Below, in pieces: positions 38,910 to 51,900 of a stretch of DNA of 64,000 nt. The notes below the pieces were generated by a model, which saw nothing but the letters and a program-made list of their open reading frames with translations, was not told where the DNA came from and did no database searches. Both the position numbers and the translations under genes were made by a program. The stretch's first letter is position 1. The number at the start of each line of letters is the position of its first letter. The stretch is from Felis catus. Lineage: Eukaryota. The stretch lies in the NCBI RefSeq assembly GCF_018350175.1, contig NC_058368.1, forward strand, positions 159,776,001 to 159,840,000, written 5' to 3'.

Positions 38910-39800
38910 TATCAATTTAGAATTTTTTAAATAGTTGAAATGAATATTTAGCAGTGAAAGTAAAAAAAAAAAAACTTTTCAGACATTCAAAGACTATGAG
39001 AGCTTACCATCCATGCACGTGCAATAAAAGAACTGTTAAAGAAATACAAACCACAGAAGTTGATAATACGTCAGCTATTTTAATAGTAATAATAAAATAA
39101 AAATGCCAAATCTGTAGAGTTAGACTGGTAAAAATAAAAATCTAAATAATAATAATATTACAGAAAGATTCCCAATGCACACTTAAAACATATTAATACC
39201 TTTTTATGTTTAGGAAAAAGATGGAAATACTGAATAATGGGAGCACTGTTAAGGAAAAGTTATAATCAAAAATGTATCTTTATATTTTAAGAGTAACACT
39301 AAAATAATAAAAACAGAAGTTATAGCTTTTGAATAAGAGAAACAAAAGAAATTTCATCAATGTAAAGAAATCAAGGAAGGTAAAAAAGAGAACAATAACC
39401 ACAAAACACAAAGTTAAAATAGAAGAAATAAACCCAATACATGAATTGCCACAAATAAAAACTACAATAGTTCTAATTACAGCAATTATCAGTTGATTTT
39501 TTCTTTAATTCCAACTTAAACACTGCTTTCAAAAAACCTAACTAAAAGAAAAAGCCAAACTTAAAATTGAAAATAAAGGGAAAGAAGCAGAGATATTGTC
39601 AAAAATACTATTCTTGTAAAAAGCTTGAGTAACAACATTAACATCAGGCAAAATAAGGTCAAAAGTCATTAGCCAAGATGAAGAAATCTATATAATAATA
39701 AACAATCCACCAAGAGGAAATATATTCATGAATTTGTATGCATCTAATAGTATAGGTATAAACATAAAGAGCAAAAACTTTTAATTACCTTTATTAGGAA
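38910..39800 (+). mobile_element. Second, more decayed L1 (ORF1 end, spacer, ORF2 start)
   Basis: Second ORF1-end signature ttttcagacattcaaagact...cttaccatccat, and endonuclease-like acaatccaccaagagg...tgaatttgtatgcatctaatag. Confidence 0.65.
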
Positions 39801-39943
39801 CATACAATAAGAACTTTTTTCTACTACTTCCCAGGGAACTAAGTAAAAGACTTCAAATCAATCAGTTATACTCTGCTCCCTTTTTGTAAAATGGTGGTGT
39901 TCATGCTCATCTTACTAAACTCAGTGTTTTTAACTAAACAAAT

Positions 39944-40036
39944 ATATACTGATGTACATGTGTACATATATATGTACATATGTATACATATACATATATA
40001 TGTGTATGTAAGTATGCATGTGTATATGTATACATA
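39944..40036. repeat. (TA/TG) low-complexity tract
   Basis: Direct reading. Confidence 0.9.
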
Positions 40037-41109
40037 TGAGTATTAACAGACACAAGATGAGAAAAAGAAGAAAAACAAAAGATCCACCGCAAAAATTCAG
40101 GTATCATCAGGTACAAATGCCTCTACAAAAGGAAATGGATAAATGACGACAGAGGATAAACCGTGAAAGTCATGATGGACATTAAAAAGAAAGAAAGAAC
40201 TAATTACAAAGATCTAGAACCAGGGAGTTACACATAATAATTAAAATAAATAAAAAATACATTTCCTTTGGGACCTTGCATTATTTAAGTCAAATAGAAA
40301 ATAAGTTAAATTCTTGACTATTTCATAAGTGAATAGGTTATCAACATTAAAACAGACAAAACCATTGGCTCTAAAGTGTCTCCTGAAGCATCTTTAAAAA
40401 AAAAAATAAATAAAGGTAGTTGGATTGCATCAGGAGGTATTTGCTCTGATGGAAGATTTTTTTAATTTTTAAGATAAAATGAGCTGCAATACAAAAATAT
40501 GTAAAATCTGACAATTAATATGACAGATTTTCTTTAAAAATTAGGTACTTTTGTGCTTTAAGAACAAAGTAGTTAAATAGTAATGCAGTTCATAATGAAG
40601 GTTGTTGAATCCTTCTCATTACTTTGATCTCTCACCAATGTGTGTGACAGTACTTAACGCTAAATGGATAAACTTACTAAATTCCCAATGTTCTCTTCTC
40701 CCTTGGGAAAGTAATTTCTATTGACATACTCTTCAAAGAAAAGCAGTTGTCTGAAAAACTGAGAACTAGTACAAAACAAGCTAAAAAGAGCAGGTTCCAA
40801 AAAGCCTAGTATCTAAGGAAGACAATACTGATAAGGTCAGAAGATTAAATTATGTCAACAAAATGCAAAAAAAAAAGTTTAGTTATTTAAAGATAAGACA
40901 GATTATTTCTTGCCTATGGGCTTCTTGAAAGTAGGATCCATGTCTTTTTCAACTGTTTCTCCAGGGACCAACAGAAGGCCAGGCATCAAACAGGCATTCA
41001 GTGATTAATTGTTGAATGGACTTAAATTAAGAAGGCATTGGTGCATTTACCTGGATCTGAAATGAAAAGGGAACCCAAGAAAAGCGAATATGTGTGGAGA
41101 ACAATGACG

Positions 41110-41800
41110 TCAGTAAATGGCTGTTTTTACCACCCAGTGCCCATTTGTGTTTCTGTTGGTAACAGTGCCCTGAGGTAGTTCCTCTCCCTCTTAGCACATA
41201 GGTTCCAAGTGAGCCCCCAAAGATAGCTTAGGGATAGCATGTGATAAAAACCGAAGCCAGTAAGCATAGCACATTACCCTGGGCAGCATCAGTTAGTTCA
41301 GTGATGGGCGCCTGACACAATTAGAGACAAAGATACTTCTAAGAATCAGGGTAGGGGTGCCTGGGTGGCTCAGTCGATTAAGCATCGGACTTCGGCTCAG
41401 GTCATGATCTCAAAGTTCTTGACCATGGCCCCGCATCAGGCTCCATGCTGACACTCAGAGCCTGGAGCCTGCTTTGGATTCTGTGTCTCCCTCTCTGTCT
41501 TCCCCTCCCCTGCTCACACTCTGTCTCTGTGTCTCTGTCTCTTTGTCTCTCTCTCTCAAAAATAAATAAATATTTTTAAAAATGAAAAAAAAAAAAAGAA
41601 TCAGGGGACAGAATCACAATTTTGCATTTGAGATTTGAAGACCACACCACTACGGATTAACAGCTGCTGCTGATCATGAGGGGAGAGCCCTCGCAGGGTC
41701 AAAGTCAACCAAAACAATGCGGAGATGAGAGAAATCCCAGCTCCAGATTGAGCCCCTGAATCCAGCTGCACCATGTGTGTCTGCCTCACAGGGTTATTTT
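41110..41800. mobile_element. MLT1K/L-like LTR split by a SINE
   Basis: ggtaacagtgccc, tagttcagtgatgggcgcctgac and ttgagcccctgaatccagctg signatures. Confidence 0.6.
41354..41595 (+). mobile_element. Can-SINE
   Basis: TSD aagaatcaggg at 41341-41351 and 41596-41606. Confidence 0.95.
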
Positions 41801-43476
41801 GAAACACAGCTTTCAGCAAAGGGAGCCATAGTATTGCCCCCCATATCACACAATCTTTAATTTTCTATGCTCTTGTCAGTTCTTATTGATATACCTCTTC
41901 GTCTTTTCTTCCCTTGTCCGTACATGATTCCTGGTCCTCACAACCATCCTCTTTATTTTCTGTGAGTTTCCTCATTCTACCTTTTTCCAAATACTTGTGC
42001 TTGTGTTCCAGAATTGACTTATTTGTGTGTAGGCCTGTTTCCTTTCTGAAGTATGAGCTCTCCCAGGTAAGGGGTTATGTCTTATTCATTTCATATTCGT
42101 AGTGCCTACATAATTTAATTTCTGGAACATGGTAGGTACTCAGAGTAATTGTAGACATAGTATGTGTGGTGCTGCAGAGAGAGCTGTAAAGCAAGCCCAA
42201 CTAGCTCCCAACTGGCTACTTAACTACAGTACAGAATATCGTGGCATCTCAGTTTCCCCTGTATATAAAATAGGAATAATAATATAACGTTCATGATTGT
42301 TATGAAAAGTAAACAATGTTTGAAACATGTTTCTATGATGCCTAGCTTACAGAAAGTCCTCAATAATTGCTGGTTTTTTAATTCCACTTCCAATAAACTT
42401 GATAATTCAAGCAAGCAATAATGAGAATGTAACCGAGGACTATAGTTACAGGGAAAAAGAAGACCAAACTTAGGAGCTAAAGTAAAATCAACAAATTTGG
42501 GCAAAGGACTAAATAGAATGAAGAACACAGATAATTAAATGTAACCTAGAAGATTTGGGGGCTCAGAGGGACCACTGATGATTCATTATGGTGCAGAAAA
42601 AAAGCACAGAGCATGTTATCAGCTGGTTAAGAAAGAAATCCTCCTCCAGAGCTCTAGTAATGTAACTGGCAGTAGCAATGGTAAACTATAACTCAAGTGC
42701 TGTGAACACGTTAATTAGTCAGACTCCAGTTCTCTGTTAGGGCCTCCATCAGCCATTCCAGTAATTAATTGCCCAAATTAGTTGTAAGCATTGAGCTCAT
42801 TGATAAACAATTTAATGATAACAAAGCATATGGCAACAGCAAAAAAGAAACAGCTGAATATCCAAAATGGGGTAGAGCTACCTTATAGAAATTTCCTTAA
42901 TACTTAGTACCCTTCTCTCACTAATTAAAGTTTCAGGCCTTTCTATGGAATTTCCACTGAACCTTTCTGATGAAATTTGCTGACTGGAAATGGCAGATCT
43001 AACTATCAGAATGAAGTGGAGGTTGAAACATATATTTGACACATAGATACTATACACATCAATAGTGAAATATCAGCCCACGAATCTCTTTTTCATTACT
43101 AGAAAAGAGCAAAGCTTAAGTATGATAATGCATTTTTGCTGACAGACTGGACAGTGCCAATAAGGCCAATGACATTATATGTGGATTATCTCTAGTATTA
43201 ACCATGTCTATTCAAGTAACACAAATCTATGTACACAAATTTAGACAAAGAGTGTCCCATATAGGACAAAGAGTGTCCCATAGTATCTTGGCTATGGGAC
43301 CCTTAGTGAATTCTTTTTTTTGAAAGTTGATTTCTTAATTTTATATATCCAAACTCTTTTATTTAACTATTTGGGTGGGATTCTTTACAAAATAAATTGC
43401 TTATTTGCCTGACTCCTTATACAAAGAATATTAATGACTCAAGTTTATCATTATAAATAACAATCACTAAAGTGTT

Positions 43477-43685
43477 TTTTTGTTTTTTTTTTTAGTTTAT
43501 TTGTATATATTTTGAGACAGAGAGTGGATAAAGGGTGGAGAGAGAGGAAGAGAGAGGGAATTCCAAGCAGGCTCTGCACTGTCAGCACAGCACCCAACGC
43601 AGGGCCTGAACTCATGAACTGTGAGATTATAACCTGAGCCAAAACCAAGTCGAATGTTTAACTGACTGAACCATCCAGGAGCCCC
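43477..43685 (-). mobile_element. Can-SINE
   Basis: Degenerate TSD aacaatYaYtaaagt starting at 43459 and 43686. Confidence 0.93.
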
Positions 43686-43703
43686 AACAATTATTAAAGT
43701 CTC

Positions 43704-43923
43704 TTTTTTTTTTTTGAGAGAGAGAGAGTAAGAGAGAGCACAAGCAGAAGAGGGGCAATAGTACAGGAGAGAGAATCTTAAGCAGGCTCCACGCCCAATG
43801 GGAGCCCAGAGCCCTATGCAGAGCTGGAGCCCATCGTGGGGCTGGATCTCGCAACCTTAAGATCATGAACTGAGCAGAAATCAAGAGTCAGGCACTTAAC
43901 CAACTGAACCACCCAGGTGCCCC
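43704..43923 (-). mobile_element. Can-SINE
   Basis: TSD taaagtct starting at 43695 and 43924. Confidence 0.93.
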
Positions 43924-44799
43924 TAAAGTCTTAGGTATTTAAATACCCTTTAAATTAATATTTTCATTACTAGGACTTTGTAGCATAGTCAGTCTTAAAG
44001 GTGCCCAACATTTTACTACAAGGATATTGATATAAGGTTGGTTTCACACATAATTATTTACAGGATGTATTCTCAAACACCGTCAAAATAGTATAGGTAA
44101 ATGATAAAATATGCAACATTTACATAATTTTTACAAAATAAAAATTATAAGAAACATGTCATGCTATTTTAAAAAAGGAAAATATAAAGGTTACTATGAA
44201 AATATGAATCACAATATTGTGCAATGACACAGTGGTGACCTTAAAACCCCACAGATGAGCATAGAGCTGTTTGCTCTAACACACACAAAATCAGGCTCTA
44301 TTATAATCCTTTTCAGGTCTTGTCCTTGAGTTTTGAAATGTTTTGCCTTTCTCCATGGCAGTACAGCTATGTGCTCTGTCTTCTCAATATTGACAGTACA
44401 TCTTTCCATAGCAACCCCATTCCGTTTTCATTCTCTTAGAGTCATGAGAGTAAGATGTCAGTGATCATTGAAACCAATCACCTTCTCAATGCTCAAGTCA
44501 CCCCATTGACACCTCTGTCAAATGCCATTCAGCTGAAACTTGTACCCATACACTTATGACAACTTCTGCCTCGTCTGTCTATTCCTTTCAATTATGCGAG
44601 TTTCTGTTAGTTCCCTTACAATGTTAACATTTTGGTTTTAGGGATAGTCCTTAAAGTCATTCAAATATAAACACCTTTCCAGTCACAATTCTTGAAATCT
44701 TTAAAAATGACTATCATAGTACCCACAGTCTTCTCTTTTCCTTCATTTTTCATTCAGTCAATATACCATTATTTACCACCATTATTTACCTTTTCTGTT

Positions 44800-45163
44800 T
44801 AAGAAAAGGTACTGAGAGGGTCTGAGTACATAGAGAAGGCAATGAATCTGAGTAGATATGGAAGTTGAAGCTCTACCCATTGCAAAAGTCAAGGGAAAAG
44901 CATTTTAGGCAAAAGGAACAGAATGTGAATTCACTCTTAAGTAAGAAAACTTTCAAAATCATAAGGAACACAGTGGAGGCAACCGTGACTGGAGAGAGTG
45001 AGAAATGGGTGGAGCAGGGAATATGAGATAGGTGGAAGAGGTAAGAAGCACAGATCAAGTAGGGACTTGGTAAGAGGTTTAGATTTCTTTCCAAATGCAG
45101 TGGCACGTGACAGGCATGGAAGTGATAACATCTGATTTGTGATTAAAAGAACATTCTGGCTGC
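44800..45163 (-). mobile_element. L2 fragment
   Basis: ggaaaagcattttaggcaaaaggaacag...atctgatttgtgattaaaagaacattctggctgc is a typical antisense L2 body. Confidence 0.7.
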
Positions 45164-45448
45164 CTAAACTTCACAAATTCCTGTAACCATTTCTCACAGG
45201 AATGATTTGCATTGCTTCTCTTGGTCCCACCCCTCTAAACAAGCTCTAGTTTTTCTACATTCTTCTCTAGAAGGGAACCCAGAGGGGAAGGCAGTGCTTT
45301 GAGAGTGATCTATCATTCAGAATAAGGTGAAATATTCTGGGATCTTCTATTAATTTAGCCGAAGATTGTTTTCCTACAAGATTGGAAATCGTATAAGGAA
45401 GCTTATTAGGAAAAAAAAAAAAAAGTAAACTCTGCTTGAGGGCTCAGA

Positions 45449-45968
45449 GCAGTGGTTCTTAACCTTGCCTGCCCACTAGAATTACCTGGGAAGCTTTGAA
45501 AAAAAATCCCTGGTGTCCAGACACTATCCCAGATCAATTAAATCAGAATGTCTGAAGGTAGTCTTTTAAATATCCCCAGGTGGTTTCATTGTACATCCAA
45601 GGCTGAACATCAGGACAGAATGGCTAGCCTTGTGCTTCCTAAACTTTAAGGAACAGAGGAATCATCTGAAGATCTAGTTAAAATGTATGTTCTGATTTCA
45701 TGGGTCTGAGGTCTGTATTTTTTAATAGCTGCCAATATACTTTTGCTGCTGGCTTAAGAACCACACTGTGAGTAGCAAGAGTTTAATCCCAAAATTCTCA
45801 TACCATGCGCAAGAATCATTTGGAGAGTTTGTTAAGACACAGGTTCCTGGACCCTAATCCTCAGGGATTCTGAGTTGGTAGGGTAAGGCCTGAGAATCCA
45901 TATTTTTAACAAGTTCCCTATTGATGTTGATGCTGCTGGTTCAGGGACAACATTTTGAGATCTACTGG
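45449..45968. mobile_element. Three adjacent MER5-family (hAT-Charlie) MITEs
   Basis: cagtggttcttaacc TIR; three gaatcaYYtg/gaattacctg cores; accacactgtgagtagcaag and ttttgagatctactg ends. Confidence 0.75.
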
Positions 45969-46898
45969 GCTCTCCAGTGAGAAGGAAACACATAAACTGT
46001 AGGCTCTGATATTCAGAGCACAGAATTGATAATTTTGATTTTCATTACACAGAAAACTTTTCATCTTTTTTCATTCTCCCCTGAATTCCATTTGGGCACA
46101 TAGTTATGTATAGTCTCAACAGGAAAATGCTAGCTAAAAGTCAATTTATTTCAGGAAGAAAAATTTTAACAATGACAAGCCAGCAAATGTGCTTTGGTAA
46201 GAGGGAAATTAATCAGGAACATTGAAGCCAGCCTGATATGTTTCATAAGAAAAGCTTATGTTAAATTTTGAATTGTCTCCTTCTCATAGATTTTAGCTAT
46301 AGCATGTAACCAGTTTCTCTACTTAATAAGATCTTGAATATTCTGAATTCTTTTGTTTTCACTGTGTATCTGCCTATTCACTTTCTTGTTTCCTTTGTTT
46401 CAGTGAGTCTTCGTGTCTCTTTCCTGTGAACATGCTGCATAATACAAACTAATAAAAATATATGCCAAAGAGTAGGGAATTCAGTATCATAAATAGAAAA
46501 TAAAGTGAATTGTTCTCCCAGCACCAAGTGTTTCTCAGTAAACATGTTTCTGAGTAATATATTTCCTTCAGGCTCATCTGCAAATCAAAACATTGATAGA
46601 TATATCACACTTCATCTGTCATATATATATGTATATATATACTTATATATTTCTGATATGACACCATTCATTTCCTTTTGCTGTTTATCATCCTAGGAGT
46701 TATTATTTAAAGAATTTTATTAATAAACTGTGTTTAACAAACCAGAAAGTTTGTATTTTCCTGATATAAATAATTATTTAGTCAATAAATAAAATGTTCA
46801 TTGATGTCCAGGAACTACAAAATAATGATTAACTGTCTATAATGTAGATATAAAAACTACCAAGCTTAGCACTCTTCTTGAATCAGTTAAAAATTCAA

Positions 46899-47030
46899 GG
46901 GCACCTGAGTGGTATAGTGGGTTGAGCATCTGACTCTTGATTTTGGCTTAGGTCCTGATCCCAGGATCATGGGATCGAGCCCTGCATCAGGCTCTGCCCT
47001 GAGTGTGGAGCCTACTTAAGATTCTCTCTC
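46899..47030 (+). mobile_element. Can-SINE, 5' half (host of the L1 insertion)
   Basis: Head and body up to cttaagattctctctc; continues at 52951. Confidence 0.93.
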
Positions 47031-47964
47031 GGGGGCTAGAAGAAGATGGCGGCGTAGGAGGATGCTGGGCTCACCGCGCATCCTGCTGATCACTCAGATT
47101 CCACCTACACCTGCCTAAATAACCCAGAAAAACGCCAGAGGATTAGCAGAACGGAGTCGCCGGAGCCAAACGCAGACGAGAGGCCCATGGAAGAGGGTAG
47201 GAAGGGCGGCGAGGTGGGGCACGCTCCACGGACTGGCGGGAGGGAGCCGGGGTGGAGGGGCGGCTTGCCGGCCAAGCAGAGACCCCGAGTCTGGCTTGCA
47301 AAAGCGGAGGGGCCTGACGGTCGGAGTGTGTTCCGAGAGCAAGCACGACTTAGTGTCTGGGAGGTCATAAGTTAACAGCTCTGCTCAGAAAGCGGGAAGG
47401 CTGGAGGACAAAGGGAGGGAGAGCTGCTGAGCCCCCAGGATGACAGAGCTCAGTTTGGTGGGGAACAAAGGCGCTCGCCAGCGCCATCTCCCCCGCCCAT
47501 CCCCCAGCCAAAATCCCAAAGGGAACCAGTTCCTGCCAGGGAACTTGCTCGCTCCGCGCAAACACCCAACTCTGTGCTTCTGCGGAGCCAAACCTCCGGC
47601 ACCAGATCTGACTCCCTCCTGCTGCCACAGGGCCGCTCCTGAAGTGGATCACCTAAGGAGAAGCGAGCTAAGCCTGCCCCTCCTGCCCCATGCACCTTGC
47701 CTACCCACCCCAGCTAATACGCCAGATCCCCAGCACCACAAGCCTGGCAGTGTGCAAGTAGCCCAGACGGGCCATGCCACCCCACAGTGAATCCCACCCC
47801 TAGGAGAGGGGAAGAGAAGGCACACACCAGTCTGACTGTGGCCCCAGCGGTGGGCTGGGGGCAGACATCAGGACTGACTGCGGCCCCGCCCACCAACTCC
47901 AGTTATACACCACAGCACAGGGGAAGTGCCCTGCAGGTCCTCACCCCTCCAGGGACTATCCAAA
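47031..47964 (+). promoter_or_regulatory. L1 5' UTR internal Pol II promoter, CpG-rich, with YY1 motif
   Basis: AAGATGGCG at 47043-47051, near the 5' end as in other mammalian L1s; high GC/CpG against the AT-rich background. Confidence 0.8.
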
Positions 47965-48855
47965 ATGACCAAGCAGAAGAATTCCCCTCAGAAGAATCTC
48001 CAGGAAATAACAACAGCTAATGAACTGAACAAAAAGGATTTAAATAATATAACAGAAAGTGAATTTAGAATAATAGTCATAAAATTAATCGCTGGGCTTG
48101 AAAACAGTATAGAGGACAGCAGAGAATCTCTTGCTACAGAGATCAAGGGACTAAGGAACAGTCACCAGGAGCTGAAAAGCGCTTTAAACGAAATGCAAAA
48201 CAAAATGGAAATGACGACAGCTCGGATTGAAGAAGCAGAGGAGAGAATAGGTGAACTAGAAGATAAAGTTATGGAAAAAGAGGAAGCTGAGAGAAAGATA
48301 AAAAAAATCCAGGAGTATGAGGGGAAAATTAGAGAACTAAGTGATACACTAAAAAGAAATAATATACGCATAATTGGTATCCCAGAGGAGGAAGAGAGAG
48401 GGAAAGGTGCTGAAGGAGTACTTGAAGAAATTATGGCTGAGAACTTCCCTGAACTGGGGAAGGAAAAAGGCATTGAAATCCAAGAGGCACAGAGAACTCC
48501 CTTCAGACATAACTTGAATCGATCTTCTGCACGACATATCATAGTGAAACTGGCAAAATACAAGGATAAAGAGAAAATTCTGAAAGCAGCAAGGGGTAAA
48601 CGTGCCCTCACATATAAAGGGAGACCTATAAGACTCGTGACTGATCTCTCTTTTGAAACTTGGCAGGCCAGAAAGGATTGGCACGATATTTTCAGTGTGC
48701 TAAACAGGAAAAATATGCAGCCGAGAATCCTTTATCCAGCAAGTCTGTCATTTAGAATAGAAGGAGAGATAAAGGTCTTCCCAAACAAACAAAAACTGAA
48801 GGAATTTGTCACCACTAAACCAGCCCTACAAGAGATCCTAAGGGGGATCCTGTGA
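47965..48855 (+). CDS. L1 ORF1p (RNA-binding/chaperone), 296 aa, open frame
   Basis: MTKQKNSPQK...coiled coil...KRNNIRIIGIPE...ARHIIVKL...QPRILYPASLSF...FVTTKPALQEIL. Confidence 0.95.
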   Translation: MTKQKNSPQKNLQEITTANELNKKDLNNITESEFRIIVIKLIAGLENSIEDSRESLATEIKGLRNSHQELKSALNEMQNKMEMTTARIEEAEERIGELEDKVMEKEEAERKIKKIQEYEGKIRELSDTLKRNNIRIIGIPEEEERGKGAEGVLEEIMAENFPELGKEKGIEIQEAQRTPFRHNLNRSSARHIIVKLAKYKDKEKILKAARGKRALTYKGRPIRLVTDLSFETWQARKDWHDIFSVLNRKNMQPRILYPASLSFRIEGEIKVFPNKQKLKEFVTTKPALQEILRGIL

Positions 48856-48905
48856 GACAAAGTACCAGAGACATCACTACAAGCATAAAACATACAGACA
48901 TCACA

Positions 48906-51900
48906 ATGACTCTAAACCCGTATCTTTCTATAATAACACTGAATGTAAATGGATTAAATGCACCAACCAAAAGACATAGGGTATCAGAATGGATAAAAAA
49001 ACAAGACCCACCTATTTGCTGTCTACAAGAGACTCATTTTAGATCTGAGGACACCTTTAGATTGAGTGAGGGGATGGAGAACTATTTATCATGCTACTGG
49101 AAGCCAAAAGAAAGCTGGAGTAGCCATACTTATATCAGACAAACTAGACTTTAAAGACTATAACAAGAGATGAAGAAAGGCATTATATAATAATTACAGG
49201 GTCTATCCATCAGGAAGAGCTAACAATTATAAATGTCTATGCGCCGAATACCAGAGCCCCCAAATATATAAAACAATTACTCATAAACATAAGCAACCTT
49301 ATTGATAAGAATGTGGTAATTGCAGGGGACTTTGACACCCCACTTACAGAAATGGACAGATCATCTAGACACACGGTCAATAAAGAAACAAGGGCCCTGA
49401 ATGATACATTGGATCAGATGGACTTGACAGATATATTTAGAACTCTGCATCCCAAGGCAACAGAATATACTTTCTTCTCAAGTGCACATGGAACATTCTC
49501 CAAGATAGATCATATACTGGGTCACAAAACAGCCCTTCATAAGTTTACGAGAATTGAAATTATACCATGCATACTTTCAGACCACAATGCTATGAAGCTT
49601 GAAATCAACCACAGGAAAAAGTCTGGAAAACCTCCAAAAGCATGGAGGTTAAAGAACACCCTACTAATGAATGAACGTGTCAACCAGGCAATTCGAGAAG
49701 AAATTAAAAAATATATGGAAACAAACGAAAATGAAAACACAACAATCCAAATGCTTTGGGACGCAGCGAAGGCAGTCCTGAGAGGAAAATACATTGCAAT
49801 CCAGGCCTATCTCAAGAAACAAGAAAAATCCCAAATACAAAATCTAACAGCACACCTAAAGGAACTAGAAGCAGAACAGCAAAGGCAGCCTAAACCCAGC
49901 AGAAGAAGAGAAATAATAAAGATCAGAGCAGAAATAAACAATATAGAATCTAAAACAACTGTAGAGCAGATCAACAAAACCAAGAGTTGGTTTTTTGAAA
50001 AAATAAACAAAATTGACAAACCTCTAGCCAGGCTTCTCAAAAAGAAAAGGGAGATGACCCAAATAGATAAAATCATGAATGAAAATGGAATGATTACAAC
50101 CAATCCCTCAGAGATACAAACAATTATCAGGGAATACTATGAAAAATTATATGCCAACAAATTGGACAACCTGGAAGAAATGGACAAATTCCTAAACACC
50201 CACACTCTTCCAAAACTCAATCAGGAGGAAATAGAAAGCTTGAACAGACCCATAACCAGTGAAGAAATTGAATCGGTTATCAAAAATCTCCCAACAAATA
50301 AGAGTCCAGGACCAGATGGCTTCCCAGGGGAGTTCTACCAGACGTTTAAAGCAGAGATAATACCTATCCTTCTCAAGCTATTCCAAGAAATAGAAGGGGA
50401 AGGAAAACTTCCAGACTCATTCTATGAAGCCAGTATTACTTTGATTCCTAAACCAGACAGAGACCCAGTAAAAAACGAGAACTACAGGCCAATATCCCTG
50501 ATGAATATGGATGCAAAAATTCTCAATAAGATACTAGCAAATCGAATTCAACGGCATACAAAAAGAATTATTCACCATGATCAAGTGGGATTCATTCCTG
50601 GGATGCAGGGCTGGTTCAACATTCGCAAATCAATCAACGTGATACATCACATTAACAAAAAAAAAGAGAAGAACCATATGATCCTGTCAATCGATGCAGA
50701 AAAGGCCTTTGACAAAATCCAGCACCCTTTCTTAATAAAAGCCCTTGAGAAAGTCAGGATAGAAGGAACATACTTAAAGATCATGAAGGCCATTTATGAA
50801 AAGCCCACAGCTAACATCATCCTCAATGGGGAAAAACTGAGAGCTTTTTCCCTGAGATCAGGAACACGACAGGGATGCCCACTCTCACCGCTGTTGTTTA
50901 ACATAGTGTTGGAAGTTCTAGCATCAGCAATCAGACAACAAAAGGAAATCAAAGGCATCCAAATTGGCAAAGATGAAGTCAAGCTTTTGCTTTTTGCAGA
51001 TGACATGATATTATACATGGAAAATCTGATAGACTCCACCAAAAGTCTGCTAGAACTGATACATGAATTCAGCAAAGTTGCAGGATACAAAATCAATGTA
51101 CAGAAATCAGTTGCATTCTTATACACTAACAATGAAGCAACAGAAAGACAATTAAGAAACTGATCCCGTTCACAATTGCACCAAGAAGCATAAAATACCT
51201 AGGAATAAATCTAACCAAAGATGTAAAAGATCTGTATGCTGAAAACTATAGAAAGCTTATGAAGGTAATTGAAGAAGGTATAAAGAAATGGAAAGACATT
51301 CCCTGCTCATGGATTGGAAGAATAAATATTGTCAAAATGTCAATACTACCCAAAGCTATCAACACATTCAATGCATTCCCAATCAAAATTTCACCAGCAT
51401 TCTTCTTGAAACTAGAACAAGCAATCCTAAAATTCCTATGGAACCACCAAAGGCCCCGAATAGCCAAAGTAATTTTGAAGAAGAAGACCAAAGCAGGAGG
51501 CATCACAATCCCAGACTTTAGCCTCTACTACAAAGCTGTCATCATCAAGACAGCATGGTATTGGCACAAAAACAGACACATAGACCAATGGAATAGAATA
51601 GAAACCCCAGAACTAGACCCCCAAACATATGGCCAACTCATCTTTGACAAAGCAGGAAAGAACATCCAATGGAAAAAAGACAGTCTCTTTAACAAATGGT
51701 GCTGGGAGAACTGGACAGCAACATGCAGAAGGTTGAAACTAGACCACTTTCTCACACCATTCACAAAAAAAACCTCAAAATGGATAAAGGACCTGAATGT
51801 GAGACAGGAAACCATCAAAACCTTAGAGGAGAAAGCAGGAAAAGACCTCTCTGACCTCAGCCGTAGCAATCTCTTACTCGACACATCCCCAAAGGCAAGG

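Noticed and set aside
44765..44790. 13-bp tandem duplication accattatttacc (similar case at 22368-22398)
   Set aside because: Ordinary slippage micro-duplication; two units only, not an array.
47105..47896. Many overlapping ORFs in the L1 5' UTR, including antisense (ORF0-like?)
   Set aside because: Expected in GC-rich sequence with few stop codons. ORF0 is described for primate L1s and I see no similarity.
48162..51884. Antisense ORFs across L1 ORF1/ORF2
   Set aside because: Shadow frames of the L1 coding strand.
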